From Caulobacterales bacterium (GTDB taxonomy: Bacteria > Pseudomonadota > Alphaproteobacteria > Caulobacterales > Hyphomonadaceae), in contig JBBSDJ010000001.1 in assembly GCA_038249555.1 (NCBI GenBank), positions 5,376-69,375 on the forward strand: DNA of 64,000 nucleotides, read 5' to 3'. A program made the translations under genes and the position numbers. Positions 59,349-64,000 of the stretch are shown one piece after another (the first letter of the stretch is position 1; every line of letters begins with the position of its first letter). The notes beneath the pieces were generated by a model. That model saw only the letters and a program-made list of their open reading frames with translations, had not been told where the DNA came from and did no database searches.

Positions 59349-60137
59349 ATGAACTTCACCCAACTGCTTGCCTCTGTCTCGCCCGCGGACGCTCCGGCCC
59401 GCGCCACAGCGATCCCGGAAAATTGGATGCAAGGCCGCACCGCCTATGGCGGGCTCACCGCCGCGCTCTGCCTCGAGGCCGCCATTCCGCTCAGCGGCGG
59501 GCTGCCCGTTCGCGCCGTACAGGTTGCGTTCGTGGGACCGGTGAACGGCACGGCCGTTTGCAAGCCAGAAGTTCTGCGCCAGGGCAAGAATACGGTCTTC
59601 ACGTCGGTCCGCATGACGGGCGAGGACGGCGTACTGGCCGAAGCGATCATCACCTTCGGCGCGGCGCGTACCTCTGCGCTCGACTTCGCACATCTTCCGC
59701 CCCCGGAGGTTCCGCCGCCGGCATCCGCGCCGAATTACTTCCGCAAGGAGGGGCAAGGCCCGACCTTCGCGCAGAACTTCGACATCCTGCTCGCCGGCGG
59801 CAACCCGCCGATGAGCGGCGCTTCAGAAGCCGACATCTCGATCTGGATGCGTCATAGGGATCCGGCAACGCTGAATGACGCCGTCGCCCTGCTCGCGCTC
59901 GCCGACGCGCCGCCGCCGGCTGCGATGTCGATGTTCACCGCGCCGGGCCGCATCAGCTCTATGACCTGGATGGCGGAGTTCCTCACCGAAACCATCGAGA
60001 CCGACGCGCGCTGGTTTCTCGCCCGCCACACGGCACAGACGGCGCGCAATGGCTATTCAAGTCAGGCGATGTCGATGTGGAACACAGCGGGCGATCCGGT
60101 GATGATCGGCCGGCAAACGATCGCCGTATTCGCCTGA
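59349..60137 (+). CDS. Acyl-CoA thioesterase (TesB-like double hotdog)
   Basis: WMQGRTAYGG, LRQGK, LALADAPPPA, SSMTW. Confidence 0.85.
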   Translation: MNFTQLLASVSPADAPARATAIPENWMQGRTAYGGLTAALCLEAAIPLSGGLPVRAVQVAFVGPVNGTAVCKPEVLRQGKNTVFTSVRMTGEDGVLAEAIITFGAARTSALDFAHLPPPEVPPPASAPNYFRKEGQGPTFAQNFDILLAGGNPPMSGASEADISIWMRHRDPATLNDAVALLALADAPPPAAMSMFTAPGRISSMTWMAEFLTETIETDARWFLARHTAQTARNGYSSQAMSMWNTAGDPVMIGRQTIAVFA

Positions 60138-60201
60138 GGCGGAACTCGCGCAACATTATTTTGAAAGTTGCTGACCGCCAACTCTAGCGGGCCAAAACCA
60201 T

Positions 60202-60609
60202 TCAGTTCGCAAGCGCGGCGCGGACGCCTTCGAGATAGGCGATCTGTTCCTGCAGCGCGAATTGCTTGGTGTCATCCTTGTCGAGCGCGAGCAGTTTCAG
60301 CCGCGCGGCTTCGATTTCCGCGTCGACCTCACCCACTTTGACATCGGTCAGATTACGCGCTTCTTCGGCAAGGATCGTCAAGCCGGCGGGCGTCACATCG
60401 GCAAAACCGCCGCGCACGTAGATGCGCATTTTCACGGCGTCGCCTTCGAGCACGCGGACGATGCCGTTCTTCAGCGTCGTCATGAACGGCGCGTGGTGCG
60501 CCAGCACACCGAACTCGCCTTCCGTACCCGGAGCGATCACGTGATCGACCTCACCCGAGAACAACTCCCGGGAAGGCGAGACGAGCGAGAAGTGCAGCTT
60601 GTCGGCCAT
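60202..60609 (-). CDS. atpC: ATP synthase F1 epsilon subunit
   Basis: LVSP..GEFGVLAHHAP..GGFA. Confidence 0.95.
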   Translation of the reverse strand: MADKLHFSLVSPSRELFSGEVDHVIAPGTEGEFGVLAHHAPFMTTLKNGIVRVLEGDAVKMRIYVRGGFADVTPAGLTILAEEARNLTDVKVGEVDAEIEAARLKLLALDKDDTKQFALQEQIAYLEGVRAALAN

Positions 60610-60635
60610 CGTTCAGTTTCCTTCAGGCAGCGAGC

Positions 60636-62983
<2,348 letters not shown>

Positions 62984-63023
62984 GAGGGGCCTTTATTCCT
63001 TGGGCGGCGCGAACGGGATGGGC

Positions 63024-64000
63024 TCAGGCGAACTTTGAGGTGAACGCTTCGAGCGTCGCCTTGATCTCGGCTTCGATCTCTTCGGTCAGTTCTTTCTTGT
63101 CACGCAGCTTGGCGAGAAGGTCTTTCTTCGAACCACGCAGGTGGGCGAGGAGTTCTTTCTCGTAGCGGGTAACGCTCTTCAGCTCGACCTTGTCGAGGTA
63201 GCCGCGCGTACCGGCGTAGATGATAAAGACCTGCTCTTCCATCAGCAGCGGTGAGTATTGCGGCTGCTTGAGAAGTTCCGTCAGGCGGGCGCCGCGGTTG
63301 AGCAGGCGCTGCGTGGCGGCGTCCAGGTCCGAGCCGAACTTCGCGAAGGCGGCCATCTCGCGGTACTGGGCGAGTTCACCCTTCATCGAGCCGGCGACTT
63401 TCTTCATCGCTTTCGTCTGGGCGGCAGAGCCCACGCGCGACACCGAGAGACCAACGTTCACGGCCGGGCGGATACCCGAGTTGAAGAGGTCGGTCTCAAG
63501 GAAGATCTGTCCATCGGTGATCGAAATCACGTTGGTCGGGATGTAGGCCGACACGTCGTTGGCCTGCGTTTCGATGATCGGCAGCGCGGTCAGCGAGCCC
63601 GAACCATTGTCCGAGTTCAGCTTTGCAGCACGCTCCAGGAGACGCGAGTGGAGGTAGAATACGTCGCCAGGATAGGCTTCGCGGCCTGGCGGACGGCGCA
63701 GCAGCAGCGACATCTGGCGATAAGCAACGGCCTGTTTGGAAAGGTCATCATAGATGATGAGGGCGTGCATGCCGTTGTCGCGGAACCATTCGCCCATGGT
63801 GCAACCGGTGAACGGAGCGAGGTATTGCAGAGGTGCCGGCTCGGATGCGGTGGCGGCCACGATGATCGTGTATTCCAGCGCGCCGCGCTCTTCGAGTACC
63901 TTGACCACCTGGGCCACGGTCGAGCGCTTCTGGCCGATGGCGACGTAGACGCAGAACAGCTTGTCCTTGTCGGACTTCGCGGCGTCGTTGGTCGCTTTCT
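63024..64000 (-). CDS. atpA: ATP synthase F1 alpha subunit; 5' part lies outside the window
   Basis: [40 protein letters not shown]; frame open to the window end. Confidence 0.97.
   Translation of the reverse strand, partial: KATNDAAKSDKDKLFCVYVAIGQKRSTVAQVVKVLEERGALEYTIIVAATASEPAPLQYLAPFTGCTMGEWFRDNGMHALIIYDDLSKQAVAYRQMSLLLRRPPGREAYPGDVFYLHSRLLERAAKLNSDNGSGSLTALPIIETQANDVSAYIPTNVISITDGQIFLETDLFNSGIRPAVNVGLSVSRVGSAAQTKAMKKVAGSMKGELAQYREMAAFAKFGSDLDAATQRLLNRGARLTELLKQPQYSPLLMEEQVFIIYAGTRGYLDKVELKSVTRYEKELLAHLRGSKKDLLAKLRDKKELTEEIEAEIKATLEAFTSKFA

Overview
High-GC (about 60-65% by eye) alphaproteobacterial core-chromosome segment. Gene content and synteny (tsaE-amgK-murU-addB-addA-trxA, cysE-DUF3126, xseB-ispA-dxs, atpAGDC) suggest a Hyphomonadaceae/Caulobacterales-like organism; this is inference. 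The window opens inside a Pfa/PUFA-synthase-like iterative PKS/FAS gene (KS-CLF-AT-4 hotdog folds) with a convergent Sfp-type PPTase. Next come a BON+OmpA membrane protein paired with a membrane-anchored, proline-punctuated helical-repeat protein, acyl-CoA catabolic genes, a lone gspN, and tRNA-Thr(UGU) followed by a small leucine-zipper/XRE gene. The rest is metG, isoprenoid genes, lepB, a YceI/cytochrome b pair, sua5, cysE, queF, tamAB, sdaA, addAB, a ferredoxin reductase/ferredoxin pair and the 3' part of the F1 ATP synthase operon. I saw no transposase, integrase, prophage gene, rRNA or CRISPR array. Best leads: the Pfa-like synthase, the ArfA-like/repeat-protein pair, the zipper-XRE gene at tRNA-Thr, and an SD-occluding hairpin upstream of an acyl-CoA ligase. 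Family assignments come from motif recognition only; no searches were run. Several starts were moved downstream of the ORF-track start to a codon with a better RBS or N-terminus.
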